This document shows, in pieces, positions 14,585 to 23,008 of a DNA stretch of 33,560 bases; positions within the stretch are counted from its first letter, which is position 1, and every line of letters begins with the position of its first letter. This stretch comes from an uncultured Candidatus Saccharibacteria bacterium. Lineage in GTDB: Bacteria > Patescibacteriota > Saccharimonadia > Saccharimonadales > CAIOMD01. The stretch spans positions 639 through 34,198 of the forward strand of contig CAZPLH010000002.1 in assembly GCA_964587465.1 (NCBI GenBank). The letters are read 5' to 3'. Below the pieces are notes generated by a model. It searched no databases. It was given only the letters and a program-made list of their open reading frames with translations, and was not told the DNA's origin. The position numbers and the translations under genes were made by a program.

Positions 14585-17449
14585 CTATGTCAACAATCTC
14601 ATGCCCATGTACCGTCGGCTTTGCTTGCCTTCCACAGTCCTATTTTCTGGCCGGCCCAGATTCAATGCGCGGGTTAAGTTCTCCATTGGCTCTGGTTTCT
14701 GCCCAACAGTAACGCACCACCTCTCATACAATTGGTACACGGCACTCGCAATTGGCGTCCATTCTACAGCCCAATCAGCTACTCCAATCTTCGTCTTATT
14801 ACGCTTGGCAGCCTTACGTGCAGCCTCTTCATATGCCAATCGCCCCTCAGGCGTCTTCACAGCAAACTCTACATTCTCATCAATAAACTGCTGTAGCGGG
14901 TTCAAATTGCTAACAAGATCACCAACAACTTCACAAACAACACCAGGCCACGTTCGCCTTGGCATCTTCTCCTCTTGATACATTCTCAAGCCTTCTACCA
15001 ACCAACTCAAGACAGCAACACCAGCATGTCGCAAAGCTATCTGCTTGTTGGGGTCAACCAAGCCATCAGGTATAGACGTTTCAAATGGCAATACCAAAAC
15101 ACGTTTCATCAACACTTCATCTGCATGGCGTATATCAGGTATCACATTCAAAGCCACAATAGGCGTAAACTGCGGCACGGCAACAAATGGCTTATTGCTA
15201 AACTTCATTTCCACACTTATGGGGTCATTGCCCGTCAACCGTTTAATCTGTTCGCCATCCAACACCTCACCAATCTCAGACATGCCCACCACTCGGCACG
15301 GTATTGAGTCAACCAGAGTTGGGTTAAATGTAGCACCAGACCTAAACAGTTTCGGGCTAACTGTGCCATAATACTCTCCAAGCGCGCCTTCAATCGCGCC
15401 CAAAATGGTGCTCTTGCCGGTACTACGTGGCCCATACAAAAACAACATCAGCTTGTCTGGGTTACCACCAGGCAACATATGCCCAAGCGCTTTCTGTACA
15501 AAGCGCCTGTATTCTGGGTCTGGCAAGAACAGCTCCAGATACTCCTGCCACAGACGAAATTGGTCCTCATAGCCGCCATCATACATCTCTTGGCTGCCCC
15601 ATTCGATGTAGTCCACGTTCGTGTTATAGGTAACAAAGTCCTCCCGCATAGGCGGTCTAACCCGTGTCTCATGACCAACCAAACCATTAAGGTCCAAGAT
15701 GCCATTAGCACAACCAAGCAAATGCGTTTGGGCATCAAAGGCGCTATCACAAGCTACTCCAGGCAAAGTAGTCATGACCTCCAAAGAACTCTTGATCCGG
15801 CTAGCATTACCACATTGCGTCGCCCAATTCAAGGCAGCTCTGCGCGCCGCAATTTCATCTTTGGCTACTGCTGGCATAGCCAGCGCTGCCTCACGCAACC
15901 TTCTGCTAACAACATCAAAGGCTTGCCAAGCCAATTTGGTATCATTATGCCACCTAATACCATCCCAAACCACCCAGCCTTTCCTTGCCTCCACATACAA
16001 CAAATTATCTGTGAATATGTCAACCAAGTGCCTGGCGTTGCCACGATCATTGCGGTCATACTTGCTCGGGTCGGTATCCATTTTAGCCATAGGGCCAATT
16101 ACCGGCCCTAACCCGCCATGGTCGCCGGCTGCTATTCTGCCATCGGGGTCATCAACCTCAGCAAAGTTCAGCTTAAAGCCATCAACATCATAGTCAGCAG
16201 CATTAGCAGCGCCCACAGCACCAGCACTTTCGCCAGCACTAGCAGCACCCGGCCTACAACTACTTGTCTTATTACCCGTACACTTATGTGGCAATTCGGT
16301 AAAGTTGGGCTCCACTTTCGCAATTGCGCCCGTTACCAGCCGGTTAACCTCCGCCAAGGCATCATCAACGCCACGCTTATCCGTCTGCTTCACGACTTTG
16401 AACCAGGCGTTGGCATACTTGTTGATAGCAGTCAGCCAGCCGCCGTGGCTTTCCGCCCCCAGCATTACCAGCTCGTGTATTGCATTCTTAGCAGATTCAT
16501 GCAGGTTGGCGGGGTCAATCTTGGTTATCTGCTTCCCCAGCTGCATATTCATGAAGTAACACGGGTCACCAGTACTGTCAGCAAAGTGTTCAACAGCCCA
16601 ATCCATTAGTTCATCAAGCGGCAACTCACTTCGGGCATCTTCAGTTTCGGCAATAAACCCCTTGGTCAGGAAGTCTAACCAGGCTTCAGGCAGCACGGCC
16701 ACATCACGCAAACTCGGCAACAAACTCGGGTCGGGCGCACCGGCTAGCCCCGGCGTACCCGCCCCGCCTACACCACAATTTCCAGCAGGTTCCCCGGCCT
16801 CGTCGTAATATGCGCCGTCGGGTCGGCGCCACCGGTATATACCGGCCTCGGCAACTCCTGGTACGTCGCTCGCAGTTTCGGCGTCAGGGTGCACGCTGGG
16901 GTATACCAGCAGATACCGGTGCGCTTTTTGGATAACATCAATATTGGTAGCTGCTTGTCCTACAAACCTATAGCCAACGGGCACAAGGTATAGCGCTGTA
17001 TAACTATCTGGACGGGTTTGCCACCTAGCACTGCTTTGTATGGTTGCTGGGAGATTACCAAGGTCTTGTTCAAGCTTGTGTAATTGATCCGCGCCACGCT
17101 TATCGCCATAGTGGTCAATATCCAATCCAATTAGTTCCCAACCACAGGGCTTCTCACCCTTTGGTACAAACCCGCCGACGTCGCCAAGTCGCAGGGCTAT
17201 GTTACATGGTCCACGAACTACACCACCAATTGGCGGCACTATAAATGCACCCGTTACACCCTCAGCACCCTTAGCCTTGGTTCCTTTATTGCGTCGCCAG
17301 GCCTCAATTTCAAATTCGCTTGGGTACTTGGCAGATCTGCCAGTATACCCGCTAGGCGGCGGGCTTTTCTGCTTATATGGCAATGGCAACGGCCCATAAA
17401 AGCCGTTGCCCGTATATGTATGTGCCCAATCATATGGGTTATTGGTCAT
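14585..17449 (-). CDS. Bifunctional primase-polymerase (PrimPol) / D5-like SF3 helicase
   Basis: 954 aa. N-terminal PrimPol-like CNIALRLGDV...WELIGLDIDHYGDKRG. C-terminal P-loop LFLYGPRSTGKSTILGAIEGALG in the arrangement typical of phage/plasmid primase P4-D5 proteins. Confidence 0.9.
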   Translation of the reverse strand: MTNNPYDWAHTYTGNGFYGPLPLPYKQKSPPPSGYTGRSAKYPSEFEIEAWRRNKGTKAKGAEGVTGAFIVPPIGGVVRGPCNIALRLGDVGGFVPKGEKPCGWELIGLDIDHYGDKRGADQLHKLEQDLGNLPATIQSSARWQTRPDSYTALYLVPVGYRFVGQAATNIDVIQKAHRYLLVYPSVHPDAETASDVPGVAEAGIYRWRRPDGAYYDEAGEPAGNCGVGGAGTPGLAGAPDPSLLPSLRDVAVLPEAWLDFLTKGFIAETEDARSELPLDELMDWAVEHFADSTGDPCYFMNMQLGKQITKIDPANLHESAKNAIHELVMLGAESHGGWLTAINKYANAWFKVVKQTDKRGVDDALAEVNRLVTGAIAKVEPNFTELPHKCTGNKTSSCRPGAASAGESAGAVGAANAADYDVDGFKLNFAEVDDPDGRIAAGDHGGLGPVIGPMAKMDTDPSKYDRNDRGNARHLVDIFTDNLLYVEARKGWVVWDGIRWHNDTKLAWQAFDVVSRRLREAALAMPAVAKDEIAARRAALNWATQCGNASRIKSSLEVMTTLPGVACDSAFDAQTHLLGCANGILDLNGLVGHETRVRPPMREDFVTYNTNVDYIEWGSQEMYDGGYEDQFRLWQEYLELFLPDPEYRRFVQKALGHMLPGGNPDKLMLFLYGPRSTGKSTILGAIEGALGEYYGTVSPKLFRSGATFNPTLVDSIPCRVVGMSEIGEVLDGEQIKRLTGNDPISVEMKFSNKPFVAVPQFTPIVALNVIPDIRHADEVLMKRVLVLPFETSIPDGLVDPNKQIALRHAGVAVLSWLVEGLRMYQEEKMPRRTWPGVVCEVVGDLVSNLNPLQQFIDENVEFAVKTPEGRLAYEEAARKAAKRNKTKIGVADWAVEWTPIASAVYQLYERWCVTVGQKPEPMENLTRALNLGRPENRTVEGKQSRRYMGMRLLT

Positions 17450-17490
17450 TTAAATCCCATTGTTTCGTTCCGTACACAAATACACCCAAC

Positions 17491-17578
17491 AATTCAATTA
17501 CAAATTCAATTTGGTAGGCTTATAGCCAAACCGCTACCCTGCCTTAAGCAAATTAGCTGGTAGGGCTATAAGCCTACC
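17491..17578 (-). promoter_or_regulatory. Perfect 15-bp inverted repeat plus AATTCAATT direct repeats upstream of the primase-helicase gene
   Basis: GGTAGGCTTATAGCC (17513-17527) and GGCTATAAGCCTACC (17564-17578) separated by 36 nt, with inner CTACC/GGTAG pairing. AATTCAATT at 17491-17499 and 17503-17511. Confidence 0.5.
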
Positions 17579-17583
17579 GCAAA

Positions 17584-17958
17584 TTAGCCAAATTTAGCTT
17601 TTAGCCGTTCGTATGTGCTCTGCTCCCATTCAGCTAACCGCTTATCACGCCAAGCCTTAGCATAAGCGCGTTTCTTCAAGTCATCTTCTGTGGGTTCCTC
17701 CAACCAGACCAGGCTCCCGAAATTGATCTCCACATCGCATATATCCACATATGGGTATTTCTCGGCAAACTCGGCCAGCATATCACCAACTGTAACGCGC
17801 CCAGACATATCCAAATAAATGCGCATTTGGCTATCACTCTCATCCGTGGCCCATCTGCGGGTCGGCGTACCAAGCTTGCCTTTGCCATGTACGGGGCACT
17901 TCATGGTATCCATGAAGTCAACACAAGCACATTTGGCATTCATGCCTACATTAACCAT
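17584..17958 (-). CDS. Hypothetical protein
   Basis: The track ORF extends to 18003. ATG 17958 (8-nt overlap with the upstream stop) or ATG 17943 is more plausible. Confidence 0.5.
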   Translation of the reverse strand: MVNVGMNAKCACVDFMDTMKCPVHGKGKLGTPTRRWATDESDSQMRIYLDMSGRVTVGDMLAEFAEKYPYVDICDVEINFGSLVWLEEPTEDDLKKRAYAKAWRDKRLAEWEQSTYERLKAKFG

Positions 17959-18412
17959 TTTCGGGTTCACCATTGCTAGCACCACTTTCGCGGCTCTGCG
18001 CAATCAAAGCCATGAACTCAGGGTCTGTCTTTGCGTCCTGTACCATTTCGGTCAAGATATTGGCAAACATATTCGCAGTCAAGAGCGGGTGGCTTTCCAT
18101 GATCATGGCTAGGGCCATGACAAATAGGTCATGTTCTGGTACATCACCACACTCAACCAAGGACACAATGGTCCTGGTAATGGTATCACTCATGTCATCC
18201 AGAACTTCTTCAACAAAGTCCTCAATGTTTGGCGGCACGCCATGTTCATCACCCAAAAGCGCAACGCCACCTACATTGATATGCGCCGCGGTTACATAGG
18301 CTTTATCCTCCTCACGGCGGTAAATCAAAATGCGTGCGCCATCTACAATCGGCTCAACACCAACCGTGTCTGTGCCTTCTGCCAAATTGCTACCTGCGGG
18401 GTGGTCAGTCAT
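17951..18412 (-). CDS. Hypothetical acidic protein
   Basis: 153-aa ORF. Its ATG overlaps the stop of the upstream membrane-protein gene (ATGA type). Confidence 0.55.
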   Translation of the reverse strand: MTDHPAGSNLAEGTDTVGVEPIVDGARILIYRREEDKAYVTAAHINVGGVALLGDEHGVPPNIEDFVEEVLDDMSDTITRTIVSLVECGDVPEHDLFVMALAMIMESHPLLTANMFANILTEMVQDAKTDPEFMALIAQSRESGASNGEPENG

Positions 18413-18627
18413 TTTACAGATTCCTTCCGGTGTTTACCTTTGTGTACATAACTTCTGATGTCAGGCCAAGCAAGGCCCACGACGGTTACTATGCAAAAGC
18501 CTATCATCCAGCACAAGCCAAATATGCCCATAACATAAGCAATAATGGCCCAAAGTGGCAAAGACATAATTACCCCATTCACTAACCCATATATGGCATT
18601 GCCTTCATGCACATCAACTTCGGGCAT
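18409..18627 (-). CDS. Small membrane protein (two predicted TM segments)
   Basis: 72 aa with a hydrophobic stretch GVIMSLPLWAIIAYVMGIFGLCWMIGFCIVTVVGLAW. Confidence 0.55.
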   Translation of the reverse strand: MPEVDVHEGNAIYGLVNGVIMSLPLWAIIAYVMGIFGLCWMIGFCIVTVVGLAWPDIRSYVHKGKHRKESVK

Positions 18628-18631
18628 GCCC

Positions 18632-18829
18632 TTAGCCCTTTACACTTTGTGCAGCCGCAGCCGCCTGTCTGGCCTCATCATCTGAGCACCAGATTGCTTC
18701 TGCCTCCCGGCTACCATGTGCCAAGCCGGGGTGCGGGGCATTTACATCGCACTTATAGTGCGCACCCTTCACACTCAACACGGCTTCACATTGGCCAAGC
18801 TCCTTGGCCCTGTCAAATACACCCATCAC
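18632..18829 (-). CDS. Hypothetical protein
   Basis: 65-aa ORF. Its start overlaps the upstream stop by 4 nt. Confidence 0.45.
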   Translation of the reverse strand: MMGVFDRAKELGQCEAVLSVKGAHYKCDVNAPHPGLAHGSREAEAIWCSDDEARQAAAAAQSVKG

Positions 18830-19296
18830 ACACCCTTTTCCACTGCTAGGTTCAACTCACAGAACATATCAATCCATTCATCCAAATTGGCCGGCCTATG
18901 GGCAGCCGTTATAATTTCAACATACTCAGCCGGCGGTGCCATATTCTTATCAAATAGGTCCACTAGCAGAATAGGCAATACCCAACCATCATCAACATTA
19001 GCATCAGACCCGCCGCCACTGTTGTCAGTCCAATTGTTGTAACCATCAACCCCGTAAGTAGTCTCCCAAGTACTAGTGCCCCAATTTGCTTGGCGCTCCC
19101 GTGGCTTAGCCTCAAGCAAACGCGGGTCATCAGCATTCATAATCGGGTCAACTAGCACTTTGGCGCACGTCGCACAAACCTTCTGGCCCGTGCTGGTGTA
19201 CGCTTCCACATGTTCATGCCGCGGGGTCTGCGCAATGCCACACGCGCACAAGCCATTGCTCATGATTACCCCGCCGCAGACGCAACCGTAACTCAT
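18826..19296 (-). CDS. Cys-rich (zinc-ribbon-like) hypothetical protein
   Basis: 156 aa. N-terminus is MSYGCVCGGVIMSNGLCACG...KVCATCAKV. Start overlaps the upstream stop by 4 nt. Confidence 0.55.
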   Translation of the reverse strand: MSYGCVCGGVIMSNGLCACGIAQTPRHEHVEAYTSTGQKVCATCAKVLVDPIMNADDPRLLEAKPRERQANWGTSTWETTYGVDGYNNWTDNSGGGSDANVDDGWVLPILLVDLFDKNMAPPAEYVEIITAAHRPANLDEWIDMFCELNLAVEKGV

Positions 19297-19601
19297 CTGT
19301 TTGGTACCACCCTTCTGTTTATCTCACGCTCAAACGAGTCTGCCAGATACCACGCATGGCTAAGGTCTACACACGACCGCATGCTGTCACCGCCTTTCAG
19401 AAAGGCATAGTCATCATACTGTATGCCTTCACGCACAGTTACAAACAGCGCCCATTTGTATTTGCCTTCACCATATAGCGGCTCAATCCACATATCAAGC
19501 AGGTCGCTGTTGACTTCAATTAGCCCAACGCCGTCGCTGGCATCCTCCCACTCAAGGTCGGCTTCATAAGCAATGGTATAGTGATAGGATGTATCAGTCA
19601 C
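19293..19601 (-). CDS. Hypothetical protein
   Basis: GTG at 19601 overlaps the TGA of the upstream gene (GTGA). The 42-aa N-terminal extension in the track ORF (to 19727) lies inside the upstream gene and is Arg/His/Cys-rich junk-like sequence. Confidence 0.5.
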   Translation of the reverse strand: MTDTSYHYTIAYEADLEWEDASDGVGLIEVNSDLLDMWIEPLYGEGKYKWALFVTVREGIQYDDYAFLKGGDSMRSCVDLSHAWYLADSFEREINRRVVPNR

Positions 19602-20173
19602 TGGGCACCGTCCTGGTCGAGTGCGGCATCGAGTTCCATCGCGCATTCGCTCAGCGTGTTGATGGTCGCCATCCCGGCTTCGGTGTTGGTGTCCCAATCC
19701 TGGCGTTGCGCAAGCCATTCCGGGCACAATTCCCGCACCCGCGCTACCTGCGCCCGCAGACGCTCCACCTCAGACTCGGCTTCATTGTGTTTGGCAGCCA
19801 TATTGTGCAGCAGCTCCACGACCTCCCGATATGGTCGCCCATCCCACGGGCAGAACTCCTCAGGACCACCAGATTCCGGGCTCAGGTCGCAGATACATTC
19901 ACCGTCACGGTGCCGCCTCATCGCCTCCATACGGCCAATGAAATCCAGTTCCTGTTGCGCCCGCAGGCGCGCGTTCTCGGCCGTGTTATCCTGGTGCTCA
20001 CGCCAATCTGCTATTGCAGCTTTCAAGGCGGCAACTTCTGCTTTCTCCCAACTTTGTCCCGGGTGCCATGAGCGGCAAGCCAACTCAGCCTCCAAGAAGT
20101 TCTTGCGGCGCTCCAGAGTGCGTATATGCTTCTCTTTCAGTTTGCTTGTCGCATCTGGGCTTACCACACCCAC
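19598..20173 (-). CDS. Coiled-coil hypothetical protein
   Basis: 191 aa, GTG start (20173 or 20167). Long Glu/Arg/Ala-rich helical segments. Confidence 0.55.
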   Translation of the reverse strand: MGVVSPDATSKLKEKHIRTLERRKNFLEAELACRSWHPGQSWEKAEVAALKAAIADWREHQDNTAENARLRAQQELDFIGRMEAMRRHRDGECICDLSPESGGPEEFCPWDGRPYREVVELLHNMAAKHNEAESEVERLRAQVARVRELCPEWLAQRQDWDTNTEAGMATINTLSECAMELDAALDQDGAQ

Positions 20174-20331
20174 TCCTCATAGATGTGGCCATCACGTGGG
20201 CCGCTCATTTCCTGGGCCTTGTGGTTGCCTTCGTGGTTGGTCATTCTGGTACAGATGCTTGCCTTTTTGCTTAGGCTGCCGCATCTACCAATTGACTGTA
20301 TGTAACGCACAGCGCGCTCAAGATCAGTCAT
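20161..20331 (-). CDS. Small hypothetical protein (56 aa, not in the ORF track)
   Basis: Hand translation gives MTDLERAVRYIQSIGRCGSLSKKASICTRMTNHEGNHKAQEMSGPRDGHIYEEWVW. ATG 20331 overlaps the TGA of the upstream gene (ATGA). It fills an otherwise empty 154-nt gap. Confidence 0.45.
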   Translation of the reverse strand: MTDLERAVRYIQSIGRCGSLSKKASICTRMTNHEGNHKAQEMSGPRDGHIYEEWVW

Positions 20332-20516
20332 TGTCGGCTCAGCATTTTAGTCATGCATTCCGGACACAACTCGGTGTCACCATCAGAATACCAACCAACC
20401 GGATTCCCAGTAACAACCTGAATCGGGCTGTAGTCATACACATCCATTCCTTCCAAAGTACGCTCGCGGTGGCACGTGGCGCATTGTGGTTTGTTGCTTT
20501 GTGCTTTGTCAGTCAT
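20328..20516 (-). CDS. Small zinc-ribbon protein
   Basis: ATG 20516 overlaps the upstream TGA (ATGA). MTDKAQSNKPQCATCHRE...ELCPECMTKM has a CxxC...CxxC pattern. Confidence 0.5.
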   Translation of the reverse strand: MTDKAQSNKPQCATCHRERTLEGMDVYDYSPIQVVTGNPVGWYSDGDTELCPECMTKMLSRQ

Positions 20517-20728
20517 GGCATAGTCCCGAACAGCCTCTTGAAATAATACCCAATACAATCTGGGCACAAGTCCCATTTCTCTTGGGTGCTTACCAGCAGC
20601 AGTTTAGCGTATCGCGCCATCATTTCTTCATCGGTGGTGATATCCTTACAGCGATCACACTGTAAGGTGGGCACATCAATTCTGGCAATGTCACTCAGCC
20701 AACATAGCGCCAAGGTCTTCAGCCGCAT
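20513..20728 (-). CDS. Small zinc-ribbon protein
   Basis: 71 aa with QCDRCKD...LCPDCIGYY (CxxC...CxxC). The start is uncertain. Confidence 0.5.
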   Translation of the reverse strand: MRLKTLALCWLSDIARIDVPTLQCDRCKDITTDEEMMARYAKLLLVSTQEKWDLCPDCIGYYFKRLFGTMP

Positions 20729-21191
20729 CTGCTACCGGCTCAACCTTTTCAAGCACATGCGCAACATCCTCAGTTGCATGCGCAACGTCTTCAATGGCAT
20801 GCTCTGCTTCTCCCTCAACTTCAACCACACGCCCTGCTTCATCACCAACCTGCTTGGCAACCTCACGATGGCCCAACAGCATATCAGCCGGCTTTGTGGC
20901 CCGGGGCGGGTTAATTGCTTGGGCAGCATTCAGGCGGTCAGTGTACGGGCCAGAGAACCAGTCCTGGTACAGACCAAGGAAACTGTCGCCATACGAGCCA
21001 AAGAAGATGCCAAATAGGTCGTCTAGCGCGGCCTCTTCAGATTCACATTCAACTCCCCTGCACACTACTCGTTCGGTCCCTGGGGCGGCGATAGCGTTAT
21101 CGGGGTAGCCCGTACCCTTGGCCTCACTGACCACAATCTCCCAGCTAAACTTTCCTGAGTCAGTCTGTCCTACAACCAGATCATGAATCAC
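20691..21191 (-). CDS. Hypothetical acidic protein
   Basis: GTG 21191 with AAGGG 8-12 nt upstream. The track ORF start at 21266 would overlap the upstream gene by 86 nt. The C-terminus contains a short repeat, EDVAHATEDVAHV. Confidence 0.5.
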   Translation of the reverse strand: MIHDLVVGQTDSGKFSWEIVVSEAKGTGYPDNAIAAPGTERVVCRGVECESEEAALDDLFGIFFGSYGDSFLGLYQDWFSGPYTDRLNAAQAINPPRATKPADMLLGHREVAKQVGDEAGRVVEVEGEAEHAIEDVAHATEDVAHVLEKVEPVADAAEDLGAMLAE

Positions 21192-21441
21192 TTTTCTTAC
21201 CCTTCTGTTGTACTTCCTGTTGCAACTTCCATTGTTGAAACTTCTGAACGAATATGTCAAATTCAAAGTTAGCTACCTGCGATAACCAACCTTCATCGTG
21301 CAACCAAGTCAAGAAGTCATTGAGCAGCTCACGGTCTTGCACGGCTCTGTCTACTCGTGCGCGCTCTTGAAAGCAGAGTACGTACTTCGGCGGTGTGTGG
21401 TAATGTATTTCTACAGCGTTATCTGCTTTAGCAGCCGTCAT
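21181..21441 (-). CDS. Hypothetical protein
   Basis: 86-aa ORF in the coupled chain. Confidence 0.5.
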   Translation of the reverse strand: MTAAKADNAVEIHYHTPPKYVLCFQERARVDRAVQDRELLNDFLTWLHDEGWLSQVANFEFDIFVQKFQQWKLQQEVQQKGKKSDS

Positions 21442-21664
21442 AGTTCACACCATCATCTGATGCACGCTTGCGGGCTTCAATACCACGTTCATGGTCTAGG
21501 CCAATAATTGTCAGCCGACGGATCACCTCAGATACAGACCTGAACCCGCCACGTTCGGCATATTCTTCATATGCTTTCAGCAGTGGCATTTCCACATAAG
21601 TGCTTACCCGCTCTGTACGTGGTTCAGTCGGCTCAGTATCCATAGTTGGTAGGTCTATCATCAT
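21428..21664 (-). CDS. Ribbon-helix-helix (CopG/Arc-like) DNA-binding protein
   Basis: RVSTYVEMPLLKAYEEYAERGGFRSVSEVIRRLTIIGL fits a beta-strand / helix / helix RHH layout. The ATG overlaps the upstream TGA. Confidence 0.65.
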   Translation of the reverse strand: MMIDLPTMDTEPTEPRTERVSTYVEMPLLKAYEEYAERGGFRSVSEVIRRLTIIGLDHERGIEARKRASDDGVNYDGC

Positions 21665-22248
21665 ATTCTCCTAAGTCGAGTATACTCCACCGGGTTAGAC
21701 CGGGCTAGTTTCTTAGCGGCCATAGGCGCGCAATCTTGTCTCGCGTGTATCGTGGCTCTCCTGATTACACCTTCATCATACCAGCGCCCAATTGAAATAT
21801 TGCTATCACATTTAGCACAATATGCTTCGTCATTTATGTGTTGGTTGAAGCCAAGCGACTCAATTTGCTTGAATACTCTTTTGAGCTTAAGGTCATTGGT
21901 GATCATGAATGCTTTACAATCACAACCGGGGTGCTTACAGTTTTTACCGCCAGCATCAGCACTATCATGTGCTCCACGCGGGTGGGCACACATACACAAA
22001 GCATGCGGGTTGATCCCGCCGAACTTGGCGCGCTTGCGACGACTCAGCTTTGTATCAGTCGGCAACAGGTAAGTGCCATGCCTACGAAAGCGACCCATGT
22101 GCTTGTCACAAAGCATTTGAGTTCTATTTGAAACTGGCTTGTCGCATGGTATGCCATATTCAACAGCGGAACACATTGAATAGTTCATGGATTTGACTCG
22201 GTGTCGGCCACATCGGCAACCAGGCTTACACCTTTTACTCCCCGGCAT
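21661..22248 (-). CDS. Cys/His-rich zinc-binding protein (HNH-associated zinc-ribbon-like motif)
   Basis: ATG 22248 with GGAGAGAAGGG upstream. CSAVEYGIPCDKPVSNRTQMLCDKHMGRFRRHG matches the C..C...LC..H..R..R.G module seen at the N-termini of some phage HNH proteins. There are further CxC/CxxC clusters. I did not see a clear HNH catalytic motif. Confidence 0.5.
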   Translation of the reverse strand: MPGSKRCKPGCRCGRHRVKSMNYSMCSAVEYGIPCDKPVSNRTQMLCDKHMGRFRRHGTYLLPTDTKLSRRKRAKFGGINPHALCMCAHPRGAHDSADAGGKNCKHPGCDCKAFMITNDLKLKRVFKQIESLGFNQHINDEAYCAKCDSNISIGRWYDEGVIRRATIHARQDCAPMAAKKLARSNPVEYTRLRRI

Positions 22249-22912
22249 ATGCACCCTTCTCTCCAAATAGGTGCGGCCAAGCAGAAGCGCGCATACGCTT
22301 ACTTGCTTTAGCCTTCCGCAAAAAGAGTAGCGCGTGCCGATCCGCATCTCGTGCGTGTATCAGATTCCCGACGGGGTCATACATCTGCCACTCTTTCAGT
22401 CTGCTGTCGCTACATACATTCTTAGCGTCAGATGGCTGTTGGGTATGGTAGTCCCGTCCGGTCTTCCATAGTTCATATCCTAGCGCAGCGGTAATGCGTA
22501 CCGGGCTAAGTAAGTCACGATCTTTGCGCATTTGCCTGAGTTGGAAATCTTCTATAACGACTGCAGCCATTGGCCAACTTCGGATGAGTTTAGCCAAGTC
22601 GTACACTCCGCCAAACTCGCCATCGGTTGAGACCCCAGAGTGTAGGCTTGTTCCGAGATTACCACGATGAGTACCACAATCCACTTGTCCGTGTTGGTGG
22701 ACAAATATGTTGTTAAGCACTGATGCGTCTGGCTCGTACAATGCTCCTGGATGAACGCTGATAAGGCTCCATCCGCTGGTACCGCCGGGGTCGATTGCGA
22801 TAATGGTTGCTGCGTCATATGTCACTTCCTCTTGGGGTATGTAGCCACGCCGCCGTCTGGTGGCTTTGGTGATATCCACCGTCGTGATACCACGCATCCT
22901 AATTGATGTCAC
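22235..22912 (-). CDS. ruvC: RuvC-like Holliday junction resolvase
   Basis: IIAIDPGGTSGWSL (first catalytic Asp), AAVVIEDFQL (Glu) and HARDADRHALLF (C-terminal acidic pair). GTG 22912 has GGAAGG 7 nt upstream. Confidence 0.8.
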   Translation of the reverse strand: MTSIRMRGITTVDITKATRRRRGYIPQEEVTYDAATIIAIDPGGTSGWSLISVHPGALYEPDASVLNNIFVHQHGQVDCGTHRGNLGTSLHSGVSTDGEFGGVYDLAKLIRSWPMAAVVIEDFQLRQMRKDRDLLSPVRITAALGYELWKTGRDYHTQQPSDAKNVCSDSRLKEWQMYDPVGNLIHARDADRHALLFLRKAKASKRMRASAWPHLFGEKGAYAGE

Positions 22913-22939
22913 ACCAAAGCCTTCCCAGAACGGTCGTTG

Positions 22940-23008
22940 TCAGATTAAGCCATGTTGGTACAGCGCTACGGTAAGCATTAGAAATGCCAATACCAACATG
23001 ATCATCAT
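22940..23008 (-). CDS. Possible 22-aa hydrophobic micropeptide (speculative)
   Basis: Hand translation gives MMIMLVLAFLMLTVALYQHGLI, lying in the 107-nt gap between two genes. An in-frame GTG at 23020 abuts the upstream TAG. Confidence 0.25.
   Translation of the reverse strand: MMIMLVLAFLMLTVALYQHGLI

Noticed and set aside
17513-17578. Calling the 15-bp inverted repeat a canonical intrinsic terminator
   Set aside because: The loop is 36 nt and the 3' flank is A/U-mixed rather than a U-run. It is kept as a generic regulatory element.
19602-19727. N-terminal 42 aa of track ORF 19293..19727
   Set aside because: This part lies entirely inside the upstream gene in another frame. The GTGA-coupled GTG at 19601 gives a clean gene boundary.
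19581-20546. 321-aa plus-strand ORF, the longest on that strand
   Set aside because: Its Ser/Arg/Cys-rich composition is typical of antisense translation. It spans five tightly coupled minus-strand genes and has no RBS context.
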